The notes under the pieces were generated by a model, which saw only the letters and a program-made list of their open reading frames with translations, made no database searches and was not told the DNA's origin. A DNA stretch of 64,000 bases from a virus, in the IMG/VR virus record IMGVR_UViG_3300037258_000282, positions 64,001 to 128,000 of that record; one strand, written 5' to 3'. Below, in pieces: positions 47,966-57,836 of this stretch (positions are counted from its first letter, which is position 1; each line of letters begins with the position of its first letter). Made by a program: the position numbers and the translations under genes.

Positions 47966-48276
47966 ATATGCTCTCTCTTTATCTGCTTTTTCAACGCGAT
48001 GACCTCGTCGTGCAGCTCCTGCAAGGCTTTAACGATAAGTGGTATGAGCTTATCGTTGTTTATCATCCACGGCTTGAGTACTGGATCTATGCCGCCAACT
48101 CTAACCGCGCGTGGGAACGCGTCGTTCATCTCCTGAGCTATGAAGCTCGTTAGATCGACGCTTGGATCGCGCTTGAAGTTAAAGTCTACGACTCGTATCT
48201 TTAGGAGATTTTCAAGACCAAACTCAGTGTCTCTAATATTTTCCTTAAGTCTTATATCCGATTGAGTGTTTGTCAT
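47956..48276 (-). CDS. Stand-alone peptidase S74 (intramolecular chaperone) domain
   Basis: SDIRLKENI, FIAQEM...FP.AV, LIPLIVKALQEL. Confidence 0.85.
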   Translation of the reverse strand: MTNTQSDIRLKENIRDTEFGLENLLKIRVVDFNFKRDPSVDLTSFIAQEMNDAFPRAVRVGGIDPVLKPWMINNDKLIPLIVKALQELHDEVIALKKQIKREHIWD

Positions 48277-48290
48277 CTAGGTACTCTCCA

Positions 48291-49091
48291 TCAGTAGGAA
48301 TTGTTAGCTAGTACTCTAGCTTTGACGGTGCAGGCCGCTATGTTGTCTGTAAGCACGTACACGTGAACATTCGCGTTTACCAGCGTAACGTTAGTATCTT
48401 GGACTTGCTGTGGGTAGTATGAGTTGATATGTCCCCAGATCCTATTATCGTTCGTATTACTCACCGCGGCCACGACTGTCATGACGAGCTCCTGGCATGA
48501 CGTAAAGTCCCACGTCGCTCCAGAAGTCCCGGAAGCCGCCATAGAGCTTCCCGTGTGGTAGAATATATAGTTACCATCGCTCTGAGCCGTAACCCAGTAC
48601 GCTAGGGTGTTTCCATCCGACTGAACTCCTAGAGAGGCGCTGTTTCCGGCATACTTGAAGATGAAGCCATCGACATCTATCCTTCCAGTGTTGGCTAGAA
48701 CGAACACTTGGTCAGATTTGTAGAAGCTATTGCCAGCGTTGTTGCCGAATGGATTATTGGCAGATCCGGAAAAGGTCACAGCCACGAAACCATCTGAGAG
48801 GTCGGTGGGAGAGCCCCAGTATACGGTATTTCCGGAGCTCGTGAGAACCTGCAGCCCAGTCCCATTAGAGCCATTGGCGGTTATAGTGTTGACCACTAGA
48901 GTAGTGACCTGAATGGTCGTCGTGTTTATCGATGAGTTGATGGAAGAATTTCCCACCGTTACGGACTGAGATACTACGGCGTTAGTATACAATTCTGTAA
49001 AGTTCGAGTTGATCTTCTGGCCTCCCGTGCGAAGCGGGTCGCCAGTTCCATCATTATTAGCCGCACCTAAACCTATGAGTTGTTGTGACAT
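48291..49091 (-). CDS. Baseplate/fibre protein with gp9/gp10-type N-terminus
   Basis: IGLGAANNDGTGDPLRTGGQKINSNFTELY. Confidence 0.7.
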   Translation of the reverse strand: MSQQLIGLGAANNDGTGDPLRTGGQKINSNFTELYTNAVVSQSVTVGNSSINSSINTTTIQVTTLVVNTITANGSNGTGLQVLTSSGNTVYWGSPTDLSDGFVAVTFSGSANNPFGNNAGNSFYKSDQVFVLANTGRIDVDGFIFKYAGNSASLGVQSDGNTLAYWVTAQSDGNYIFYHTGSSMAASGTSGATWDFTSCQELVMTVVAAVSNTNDNRIWGHINSYYPQQVQDTNVTLVNANVHVYVLTDNIAACTVKARVLANNSY

Positions 49092-49103
49092 AAAAGTTCC
49101 CGC

Positions 49104-50090
49104 TTAAGCTACTGCTAGAAGTATACCGCCGTTTATCAACTGCGTGAAGTAAGTGATGATTATCATTCCATTAGCGCCGTCCCCTCCATACCCAGCCGTA
49201 CTGGAAGCCGCCCCGCCGCAACCTCCTCCTCCTCCGAATAGACCTCCCCCTCCTCCGTTGGCTCCATAGGTCGCGGCTCCACCGCCTCCCCCTCCTCCTC
49301 CCCCACCGCCAGGTCCGAATACGAAACCATTTGAAGTTAGAGAATATCCGACTCCACCGCCACCTTCACCACCGTACCCAGCGGTAGTTCCCTCTCCGCC
49401 GCCGCCCCCTCCGCCAGACCCATTCGCTCCGGGACTACCGCTTCCTCCTCCCGCCGCGCCGCCTGTTCCTCCGGCAGTTCCATCGTATGCCGTACCACCA
49501 TTGCCACCAGTACCAGTGACCGTAGAGTTAGCTCCAGCCGTCCCACCATCGGCCGCGCCCCCAGCTCCAGCCCCACCGCCTCCGGTTGAGATCGCCCCGC
49601 CGTTCGCCCCGGGACCATGCTGTCCCCCCGCCCCTCCGCCGCCCGCGCCAGCATAGTACGTTAGATACTCATTTGGACCTCCCCACCCTCCACCCTGAGC
49701 TCCGGTAGATGGTACGCATAGAGAGACGTTCCCTCCGATTTGATCTCCGCTTCCTCCTGGAGCAAACAGAAGTGGCCCACCTGAATTTCCAATACCTATC
49801 CCAAAGGACGTATCTGTCCCAGTGACTCCAGAATAGATTCCGCTCGTATTTGAGCCCGCGCCCCCAAGTCCAACGCTATAGGATATCGTCTGATAGTGCG
49901 TAAGAGTGGGATTCTTAAGAATAGAATAGGCCCCACCTCCGCCTCCCACTCCTCCAGTAGTATCGGCTAAACCGCTTCCGCCTCCACCGCCGCCGCCGAT
50001 TCCCTCGACCGTAATATTGGCGCCGAGATTTACATCTGGAGTCACGACCCAAGTGTTTCCAGACGTGAGGATTATAACTTTCTGTGCCAT
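49104..50090 (-). CDS. Glycine-rich tail fibre tip/adhesin-like protein
   Basis: TSGNTW, GIGGGGGGG, many Gly tracts, GANGMIIITY. Confidence 0.65.
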   Translation of the reverse strand: MAQKVIILTSGNTWVVTPDVNLGANITVEGIGGGGGGGSGLADTTGGVGGGGGAYSILKNPTLTHYQTISYSVGLGGAGSNTSGIYSGVTGTDTSFGIGIGNSGGPLLFAPGGSGDQIGGNVSLCVPSTGAQGGGWGGPNEYLTYYAGAGGGGAGGQHGPGANGGAISTGGGGAGAGGAADGGTAGANSTVTGTGGNGGTAYDGTAGGTGGAAGGGSGSPGANGSGGGGGGGEGTTAGYGGEGGGGVGYSLTSNGFVFGPGGGGGGGGGGGAATYGANGGGGGLFGGGGGCGGAASSTAGYGGDGANGMIIITYFTQLINGGILLAVA

Positions 50091-50767
50091 CAGGAGTATG
50101 CCTGTCCGGCGACAGTACCATATATAGTACTACCACCATTAAAGCTCATCAAAACGATGAGATCTTTGCCGCTTCCTCCTGTAGTTATCGTCGGAGCTGA
50201 ACCTCCCGGCCAAACCGTTCCGGGGGGCCACCCCGTTATGTCAAATGATCCAGTATTTTCTATCTCGAGAGTCAGTCTCGCCACTTGGTTAGAGGTGGGC
50301 CAGCTCGAGACGTTTATTACGGCATCCCCGGTCAGAGATATTCTCTGAAACTCTCCGTTAGCCCTATTGATCGTGACGCTTCCATTTACAGATATCTGAC
50401 CTCCGCATGGGAGGTCAACTTTATTAGAGTTTATAAAGAAGCCAGACGAATCATATACTAAGGCCTGAGAGACTATAGGGTTAGCTATATTGAACACCTG
50501 CGGAGACCAGAATACGCCCGAGCCGTTGCTGGTCATAGACGCATTATTAGTTCCAACTGAACCATTCGCGACTATCGACGAGACTACGATCGCAGTACTG
50601 TTTACGAATGAATTTACCGTGGAGTTGCCGACCGTAACAGACACCGAGATCACGGCGTTCGTATAGAGCTCCGTGAAGTTGGCGTTGATCTTCATCCCGC
50701 CGGTCCTCAGCGGATCGCCGGTTCCATCGTTATTAGCCGATCCAATACCGATTAGCTGCTGAGACAT
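50090..50767 (-). CDS. Baseplate/fibre protein with gp9/gp10-type N-terminus
   Basis: IGIGSANNDGTGDPLRTGGMKINANFTELY; C-term WPPGTVWPGGSAPTIT..D. Confidence 0.7.
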   Translation of the reverse strand: MSQQLIGIGSANNDGTGDPLRTGGMKINANFTELYTNAVISVSVTVGNSTVNSFVNSTAIVVSSIVANGSVGTNNASMTSNGSGVFWSPQVFNIANPIVSQALVYDSSGFFINSNKVDLPCGGQISVNGSVTINRANGEFQRISLTGDAVINVSSWPTSNQVARLTLEIENTGSFDITGWPPGTVWPGGSAPTITTGGSGKDLIVLMSFNGGSTIYGTVAGQAYS

Positions 50768-50801
50768 TCAGGTGTTAAATCCCTACTTTTTTTGATATTT
50801 A

Positions 50802-52991
50802 TCAGGTAGCGTCGAACGTTACGTAGGTCTCGTCGAGTAGGAATACGGTAGAATCCCACCTAACATCACCCGTGGGTATCGAATTTCCCGCCACAGTTGG
50901 ATCCGCAAGGACACTCATCGGAGAGCTCTCTACTATATTCAAGCAGAACTCACCGAACATCTCTGATCCCGCAGGATGAAACGTGTTGTATAGTATATCC
51001 CTATACTGCTGGAGCTGGATAGCGGCCTGAAGCTGGTATGAAAATACTTGATAAAAGTAGCTATCCTGAATGTACTTATCGGAGTTTAGAAACCCCTGAG
51101 TGGTATCCCAGTATCCAGGCGCGACTCCAACGCCGGACTTAACTACGCTTCCCATGACGCCAGAGAAAGTATCGACTTGAATGAGAGATGACACTAAGTT
51201 GGCACCGGAGCCAGTCTTAGACATAACGAAAGTCTGAGGAGAAGCCGGATATCCAGAACCACGATAAGTCATCGCGGTGTTTACTACGGAGCCATTTCCA
51301 TCGGTTATTACGTATCCGACCGCCCTATCGGTATTATTGTCAGAGAAAGAGAGAACGTCTCCATTAGAGTACTTGCTTCCTCCCAAGATGATCTCTGGAT
51401 CGGCTATACTATTGTAGAGATACGCGGTGATAGACTCACCAGTCTGATAACCTCTACCAGAATCATGGGCCTTGACGGTAAGCACTATCGTGTTGGACGA
51501 TCTCAGATCGGTGTTTACCATGGCTCTAGAGTTAGCATATCCAAACTGAGCGAAGGCTAGATCTGGACACACCTCATATATGGCGCTCGTGGTAGAGTTA
51601 CTCTTCGGATAGTCCCAGAGGGTTATAGAAGTGTCGTTTGTCACCGCATATATCACGTGCTTCTCGAGGACGATACTCGCAGAATTAGGAGCTATCGCCA
51701 CTAAGTCGTCGTCGCTAAACGCGGACGTGAAGTACGTACCGACGCCGGTTATTATCTTCGAGTTGCTTACCCAGCTTACATTACCCTGAAGTGGAGCTGA
51801 GTCTATTACAGTTCTAACTGAAACATAGGGATTGTCTACGTAGTTGTTTCCCGCTATCTCATATGCTAGAGAGTTTATACTTCCAAATGTCTCGGCCGCG
51901 AAAGAGAGAGCAGAATCTATCGGAGAACTTATGTTAGCCGCCGCGTTTCCCACGAATCCAAACGTCGGGGAGTTCAACACGACGTTAGCGTAAGGCGCTA
52001 TGATATCTGAATTGAACGTGATGGAAGTCGTATTAGTCATCGTTCCGATCTGAAACGACGCTCCATGACCGGTATTGTCAGACGACTGATTGTATATGTA
52101 TATGCCCGCGTTGGCCTGTTGATCGAATCCTCCAGAGACCAAGTCAAAGAATACGGACCCGAATAGGCTCTCAGTGGCGGTGATCCTCAGAAGTCCGCCG
52201 ATACCATGAGATATGATGCTGCTATTAGCGTCGGTATGCTGGACTTGCAGGACTTGCCCCACTGAAAAGTCGATACCACCCTGAGTGATCTCGAGGCTGT
52301 CTAGTGATCCCACTATGGTTGGGGCCGAAGTTACGAGCATATCGTCTCTTCCAGCGTAGTCAGAGAGCAACAGCAGCTTCTCTCCTACTTCAAAAGACTT
52401 ATTGGGTGGAGACATATTCGATATATTGAATACCGTCAGAAGAGTCTGATTTATAGGCTCCTTCGTAGCGCTCTCTACTACAGCGGTTACTCCAGACGAC
52501 AGTCCTATGACTGCCTGTCCAAGATATGAGTCCAGTATTATATCGTCTACTGAATTTCCTATCAACTCCAGATACATGGGTTGCTTCCAAGTTCCATCTG
52601 ATGGAAGCAGCATGTCGTACGACGGGATGTATACCTCTACGTCCTCGTTGTATATGAGCTTAAATAAAAGTTTAAAGCAGGTTATAGATCCCTTCGCCCG
52701 ATAGACGTCGAGGATATGCTTCAGCAGATACCTCTTGTTTATTATGACGTTGAATGGGATTCCATAGAGGTACTCAGACTGAAAGTGAGATAGAAACTCG
52801 TCTAAAGTATTATCGATGTCGCGATAGTTTAATAGGTTTCGGGCCGCGCCGAGGGGATTACCAGTCTGCGACATCCACTCATAGTAGGCCTGCATGAACA
52901 GGATAAAGTTGGGTCCGTAACTTTGAAAGAAAGCCGGAAACTGTGACTTTACGAATGGAGTTACGTCTTGTTGTATCCCAAAGTCCATCAA
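50802..52991 (-). CDS. 7: Baseplate wedge gp7-like
   Basis: QFPAF, FMQAYYEW, YRAKGS, IQDSYFYQVFSY, HPAG. Confidence 0.75.
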   Translation of the reverse strand: MMDFGIQQDVTPFVKSQFPAFFQSYGPNFILFMQAYYEWMSQTGNPLGAARNLLNYRDIDNTLDEFLSHFQSEYLYGIPFNVIINKRYLLKHILDVYRAKGSITCFKLLFKLIYNEDVEVYIPSYDMLLPSDGTWKQPMYLELIGNSVDDIILDSYLGQAVIGLSSGVTAVVESATKEPINQTLLTVFNISNMSPPNKSFEVGEKLLLLSDYAGRDDMLVTSAPTIVGSLDSLEITQGGIDFSVGQVLQVQHTDANSSIISHGIGGLLRITATESLFGSVFFDLVSGGFDQQANAGIYIYNQSSDNTGHGASFQIGTMTNTTSITFNSDIIAPYANVVLNSPTFGFVGNAAANISSPIDSALSFAAETFGSINSLAYEIAGNNYVDNPYVSVRTVIDSAPLQGNVSWVSNSKIITGVGTYFTSAFSDDDLVAIAPNSASIVLEKHVIYAVTNDTSITLWDYPKSNSTTSAIYEVCPDLAFAQFGYANSRAMVNTDLRSSNTIVLTVKAHDSGRGYQTGESITAYLYNSIADPEIILGGSKYSNGDVLSFSDNNTDRAVGYVITDGNGSVVNTAMTYRGSGYPASPQTFVMSKTGSGANLVSSLIQVDTFSGVMGSVVKSGVGVAPGYWDTTQGFLNSDKYIQDSYFYQVFSYQLQAAIQLQQYRDILYNTFHPAGSEMFGEFCLNIVESSPMSVLADPTVAGNSIPTGDVRWDSTVFLLDETYVTFDAT

Positions 52992-54835
52992 CTCGTCCCG
53001 GTGTTAATCGAGATGATCACGTCGTTTGGATCTATAGTGAGGATCTGATCTTGCTCTATCACTATATCGTCGTTCTGAAGTTGGGCATACAGGCTTATAT
53101 AGCTACCGACGTACTGCGACACCTGTATGATATTGAGTGAGATAACTCCATTTGAGTAGTTGACGGTGCCCACTGAGTCGTTGATGTTGGTGACGATTCC
53201 AGAGTTCTTTGAGTATATTATGAGATTTCCATAGTTGTCGTCTCTAATTATTGAGTTTGGAAACGTGTTTCCCTGTGGATTCACGTACGTGAACGCCGTA
53301 GAGAATACTACCGGCTGCGCTGAGCCGAGTGGCAGCTTTGAGATCTCATACTGATGACTTGGAGTCTGTATGGCATTATTGAAGTCTATCGTAGTCTGAA
53401 AGTCGATGTTGATCTGTGGCGAGAGCCTCTTTATCATCAGAGCCGTCGTGTCATTACTGATGATAGATGGATCAGTGTCGTCTATGGCCGCGATAAACTT
53501 AGAATATCGAAAGTCGCCGTTGAATTTTTGCAGGTTGTTCGCTGAGTATTCAGTTATAGTGTCTAGTACGAGAGTCTGCAGGTCGGCGGAAGTCAGACTA
53601 GTCGACATAGGTGAGAAGGTGACGTTGGAGGTGACTCCAATGAAGAAATAGTTGGGATCTGTCACTATCACTCTTATGGGAACGCAGTCTAGACTTATCA
53701 GATAGTTGATAACGTTAGATTTAATATAGTCTGGAGCGACCGACGATGAGCCGGTCGGCTTAAGGCACGCCGCGACGAATCCGTACTTCTTGGGATTAAG
53801 CTGCTCTCCGCCATAAGTGTTTACGTCTGAGATCTCTCCTGAGAATTGAGCCATAATCAGTGACTTGAAGTCATCGGAAGCTACTGCTCGCTCCTGCGTA
53901 GCGTAGAACCTCGGGGCATTGAACTTTATCGAGTTGAGACTCTCTTGGCTGGTCCCACCAGACGAGTTGACAATCACGACGATAGGACCAGAAATAGAGG
54001 CGGTCCCACCGTTGAAGGCCCCTAAATTCTGAATCGTCACGAAACTTGATATACCGTCTGCCGTGTTTCCAGAAGCTACCCTGTAGCTTGCCGTAACTAG
54101 AGATCCATTGAATGGAACATAGCCCAGTAGGCCGTCTCCAAACACTACCTCATATTGTCCGTCTTGAGCTCCCTGCACGAAGTAGACCTCGGAGTTGGCG
54201 TTGAGCCCGTATAAGTTGAGCGCTCGCGCGTACTCGACTCCGGTATTTGAGGTATTCGAGGAGTTTTCAAATACCGTAACCGTCAGTGAAGATACGTCTA
54301 TACCTGGGTTCGAGAGTAAGAATATCTGCTGCTCGCTAGTCGCGTCTATGACGAATGAGTCAGTGATATACTGACCCTCGAAGATCTGCAGGTTTGATAC
54401 CTGATACGTAGAGTTAGATGAGACGAATGACTGATCTGCAGATGTCGAAAACGTGTAGTTTCCATTGGCGTTCGTGCCCGAGAATAGCGTTCCAGCCGGA
54501 ATGACGAATGGATTAGATATTCCATTGGTGACTACGGTAAATGATATGTTAGCTTCAGACGAAGCCGCTGACGTAGGTAGGTAATTAAGCTCCTTGGCTC
54601 TCGACACGGCTGAGTTCAACTTCTGAGCTGAGTCGAGAAACATCTCAGATAGAACCATGTTAAGATAGAACGAGTTTAGATACGTGTTGTATGACAACGC
54701 GTCCAGTAGGACGTTCAGAGCTGCTGAGTTAAAGTTATAGTCCTGCAGCGTGTCCTGAGAAGTCAGGTACTGCTCTAGTTGAGTCTTCAGAGTGTTGAAG
54801 TCAAGCGACGAGAGTATTAGTGCGCTGTTGGCCAT
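52988..54835 (-). CDS. 6: Baseplate wedge gp6
   Basis: LDFNTLK, LSYNTY, EMFLDSA, FGDG, ATQERAV..DF. Confidence 0.92.
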   Translation of the reverse strand: MANSALILSSLDFNTLKTQLEQYLTSQDTLQDYNFNSAALNVLLDALSYNTYLNSFYLNMVLSEMFLDSAQKLNSAVSRAKELNYLPTSAASSEANISFTVVTNGISNPFVIPAGTLFSGTNANGNYTFSTSADQSFVSSNSTYQVSNLQIFEGQYITDSFVIDATSEQQIFLLSNPGIDVSSLTVTVFENSSNTSNTGVEYARALNLYGLNANSEVYFVQGAQDGQYEVVFGDGLLGYVPFNGSLVTASYRVASGNTADGISSFVTIQNLGAFNGGTASISGPIVVIVNSSGGTSQESLNSIKFNAPRFYATQERAVASDDFKSLIMAQFSGEISDVNTYGGEQLNPKKYGFVAACLKPTGSSSVAPDYIKSNVINYLISLDCVPIRVIVTDPNYFFIGVTSNVTFSPMSTSLTSADLQTLVLDTITEYSANNLQKFNGDFRYSKFIAAIDDTDPSIISNDTTALMIKRLSPQINIDFQTTIDFNNAIQTPSHQYEISKLPLGSAQPVVFSTAFTYVNPQGNTFPNSIIRDDNYGNLIIYSKNSGIVTNINDSVGTVNYSNGVISLNIIQVSQYVGSYISLYAQLQNDDIVIEQDQILTIDPNDVIISINTGTS

Positions 54836-54838
54836 AGA

Positions 54839-55264
54839 CTACCTTGTTCTGGAAATAAAAAGTTTTAGACTTCCTGGTTCAGGGATATTTATTAGTGAGA
54901 AAGTTATGTTGACGTTGAACCCATCGTTATCGGGATCTGCTATGACTGAAATATTGAGAAGTTGAGCTCTCGGCTCATACAGAGACATCGAGAGCGCGAT
55001 CTTACGTATGATATCCTGCTGAACGAACGGCGTGTAGTTCTCGAAGAGCATTCCGGTTATTCCAGATCCAAAGAATGGATCAAATAGTCTCTCTCCGGGG
55101 TTAGTCAGAAGCATGTTCTTGAGAGCCTGTCTAATAGAGTCCTGGTTCTTTAGTACGACCAGAGAGTTAGACATCGGGTGCTGAAGAAAGTTGTCGTCAA
55201 AGTCAGAGTATACGTTCAGCTTTCTAGACTGCGCGGTTATCAGATCTGCTCGAGTTACGGCCAT
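54839..55264 (-). CDS. 25: Baseplate wedge gp25
   Basis: YSDFD, TNPGERLFDPFFGS, YEPRA. Confidence 0.9.
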   Translation of the reverse strand: MAVTRADLITAQSRKLNVYSDFDDNFLQHPMSNSLVVLKNQDSIRQALKNMLLTNPGERLFDPFFGSGITGMLFENYTPFVQQDIIRKIALSMSLYEPRAQLLNISVIADPDNDGFNVNITFSLINIPEPGSLKLFISRTR

Positions 55265-55275
55265 ATTTTTCCTCC

Positions 55276-56148
55276 CTATGGCGTGACGAAGAATGGAGTC
55301 ACTTGACTGGTAGCGGTAGGCTCAAGCACGACAGATCCATCTGAATTCGTCGACTCCAGCATCAAGTTCTGAACGTTGACGTCTCCATTTGGTGCATATA
55401 TATTGACGTTGCTCTGCGCGGCATACACGTTGATGTCACCGACATGGGTTACTATAGTTATCCCTCCAGTATCTATCACTATCTTATTACTTCCAACTAT
55501 TAGCTCTATCGCCGTGGCAGAAGTCAGAGATATAGTCCCATTAGCGTTATACGACACGGAACCATTCGCCGTATGCCCCTCATTTCCACCGACCTTGACT
55601 GAATATTCTTGAGTGGCGTCGTGATGTATAGTTCCCACTGCGGTAACTGAGAAGTCCTGGTCGACCGAGTGGTGCTCTCCACCCTGCACCACGGTAAAGG
55701 ATTGATCTCCCTGCATGGCGTGATGACCATCGCCGTTGGCTGACAGCGTCATGTGGTTTTCAGCCGTCGCGCAGATGGCTGGACCATTTATCGCCGTATA
55801 GTCTGATCCGGCGGCTATCTCAGTATGCCTTCCAGTTCCTATGTTGACTCTATGACTGCCTCCTATCGCGGCGTCGACGTGCCCGGCTATAGATGAAGTA
55901 TGTGACGCGGAGGCAGACTTGACTCCACCATGCACCATCTCATTCATATTTCCATCTTTATCGAGCATCCTAGTCGTATAGCTTCCGTCCTCAGTCACTC
56001 TCGCTACTATAGAACCGACGTTGCTCGGATCGATCGAAGAGCTGTCTTGATCTCCCAGTGGGTGAGTGGAGTTCCATATAAGGTACTCATCTGGAAGTGG
56101 AAAGTGGGGATCAGTTCTAGTGTTTTGTACAGTAGGAAGTGCCATCAC
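55276..56148 (-). CDS. Tail needle/gp5 C-terminal-like beta-helix protein
   Basis: ~8-residue V/I-x-G repeats (VGGNEGHTANG); no lysozyme domain; precedes gp25. Confidence 0.6.
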   Translation of the reverse strand: MMALPTVQNTRTDPHFPLPDEYLIWNSTHPLGDQDSSSIDPSNVGSIVARVTEDGSYTTRMLDKDGNMNEMVHGGVKSASASHTSSIAGHVDAAIGGSHRVNIGTGRHTEIAAGSDYTAINGPAICATAENHMTLSANGDGHHAMQGDQSFTVVQGGEHHSVDQDFSVTAVGTIHHDATQEYSVKVGGNEGHTANGSVSYNANGTISLTSATAIELIVGSNKIVIDTGGITIVTHVGDINVYAAQSNVNIYAPNGDVNVQNLMLESTNSDGSVVLEPTATSQVTPFFVTP

Positions 56149-57479
56149 TTAGTCCTAGTAGATTGAATGCTGACTCCAGATATGATAGACGTTAGAGACG
56201 CGCCGACCGGCATCGAAGACACCGCAGAGGCGAGACTTCCAGCTACACTTTGGGCCTGCTCACTCATGGTTGAGCCAAACATATTAGCGATGTTAAATGC
56301 CATTCGTCCGAGAGACATGACCTTAGTGGCGTTCTGAAGCATGGTCTGCATCGTACTCTGATTAAGTACAGTTCTGGGAACGTGCTCTGGAAGTACTGTA
56401 CTTATCGCTGGAGCGATGTTCGGAATGAGAGTTCCAACGCTTCCAAGAATTCCAGACAGCGTGGTTCCTAGGATCTTTTGAAGTCCCTGATCGGTGGCAG
56501 ACGCTTGAGCCGATAATATTATGGCGGATAGCTGCGCGAGACCAAGCTGTCGTATCTCGAAGAGTATCGAGCTCACTAAGTTATTGGCGATCTCCACGTT
56601 CTCACTTCCCGTGAGAGCTGGAATAGTGGCCAGTTGATCTGCCACGGTAGAGTCAAGTATAGAAATAACGGTCTGAACTGTCGCTGAGCCGGTATTTAAA
56701 GTTTGAGTAGTCGATTGGCCTACTGGAAGTGACGCGATCGTCTGGGCCAGAGACGACACTTGGAGGCCCAAGAGTGGCCCTCCGATAGTCGCCGCAGTAT
56801 TAGCTATCGCCGCGACACTGTTCGAGCTTACGGCCGCAGAGATCGCGGAAGATAGGGCAGAGGCGGCCGAGACAGACGCCGAAGATAATGCCCCGGTCCC
56901 AGTTCCTGAGAGCATTCCACCTATAGCCTCGTTTAGTAGGTACTGAGATGGAGCTGAGAGAGTTGGAGATATCGCGTTGAGTTGATTGAGAACGCTCGAC
57001 ATACCGATAGTTCCCGATAGAGACTGAAGTGCTCCCGTAAGACCACCTGATACCATCTGAGCTATCCCGCCCGTAGACGAGACTGAGCTCATCGTTCTGA
57101 GAAGTATCATCGCGTCGAGGGCCTTTCGCACGACGCCGACGACGTTCGATGGATCTACAGACTTTATGGCCTGAAGAACGTACTGTTCAGAACTTGCGGA
57201 TGCAGAAGTCGGGTTATTTGCCGACATATTCGATGGATACTGCTGAGATATGACCATCTGAGCGCGCTTCTGGGCGTTGTCAGAAGTATCCGAAGGAACT
57301 GTTCCCTGGTTTCCGATGTTGGCGTTTAAGCCGACACTTCCAGGATCATAGGATTTCTTCAGTAGAGATCCCTTGACCGTCGTCGTTATAACTCCAACTA
57401 TGGCAGAGTTGAAAGTATTGCCGTAGGTCAGTGGTTCCGACCTCTTAGTTACGTCGAACTGTCCGTCTTGCTCAAGCAA
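56145..57479 (-). CDS. Ser/Ala/Gly-rich helical hypothetical protein in the hub cluster
   Basis: Long ORF, very low charge; TTG start. Confidence 0.55.
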   Translation of the reverse strand: MLEQDGQFDVTKRSEPLTYGNTFNSAIVGVITTTVKGSLLKKSYDPGSVGLNANIGNQGTVPSDTSDNAQKRAQMVISQQYPSNMSANNPTSASASSEQYVLQAIKSVDPSNVVGVVRKALDAMILLRTMSSVSSTGGIAQMVSGGLTGALQSLSGTIGMSSVLNQLNAISPTLSAPSQYLLNEAIGGMLSGTGTGALSSASVSAASALSSAISAAVSSNSVAAIANTAATIGGPLLGLQVSSLAQTIASLPVGQSTTQTLNTGSATVQTVISILDSTVADQLATIPALTGSENVEIANNLVSSILFEIRQLGLAQLSAIILSAQASATDQGLQKILGTTLSGILGSVGTLIPNIAPAISTVLPEHVPRTVLNQSTMQTMLQNATKVMSLGRMAFNIANMFGSTMSEQAQSVAGSLASAVSSMPVGASLTSIISGVSIQSTRTK

Positions 57480-57521
57480 GTTTTATATTCCTTATAGAGA
57501 TTAATCGTACATATCAAACGT

Positions 57522-57836
57522 TCAAGTGGAACTTCTTCCAGCACGATGAAAGGACCCTAGAATGAATGGGATTTGCTTCGTCTCTGGATCTAAAAAACAG
57601 CCGAACACGTGGGTTCCAGGAAGATACTTATTAGTGACTCCAACTCCATTCAGTGACGGAACGTTGTTGTGCACTGAGTGGCACCAGATGAGATCCTCAT
57701 CTGGTATAGGATTAGGTCCGGCATTCTGGTGTCCGTGTATCATTACTTTTACCTTATGGGCGTTGTCCGGGTCCTGAATGTCTAGAACCTCGCCGACGAA
57801 GAACGGCGTGAAGCCGCTACCAGATTGAGCGGTCAT
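57522..57836 (-). CDS. gp5 N-terminal OB-fold protein (stand-alone)
   Basis: FFVGEVLDIQDP..KVKVMIHGH, DEDLIW, GTHVFGCFLD..QIPFILGS; ATGA overlap with upstream stop. Confidence 0.8.
   Translation of the reverse strand: MTAQSGSGFTPFFVGEVLDIQDPDNAHKVKVMIHGHQNAGPNPIPDEDLIWCHSVHNNVPSLNGVGVTNKYLPGTHVFGCFLDPETKQIPFILGSFHRAGRSST

Noticed and set aside
49150-50000. GC-rich CCT/CCG tandem repeats as a regulatory or mobile repeat
   Set aside because: Explained by Gly codons of the glycine-rich protein.
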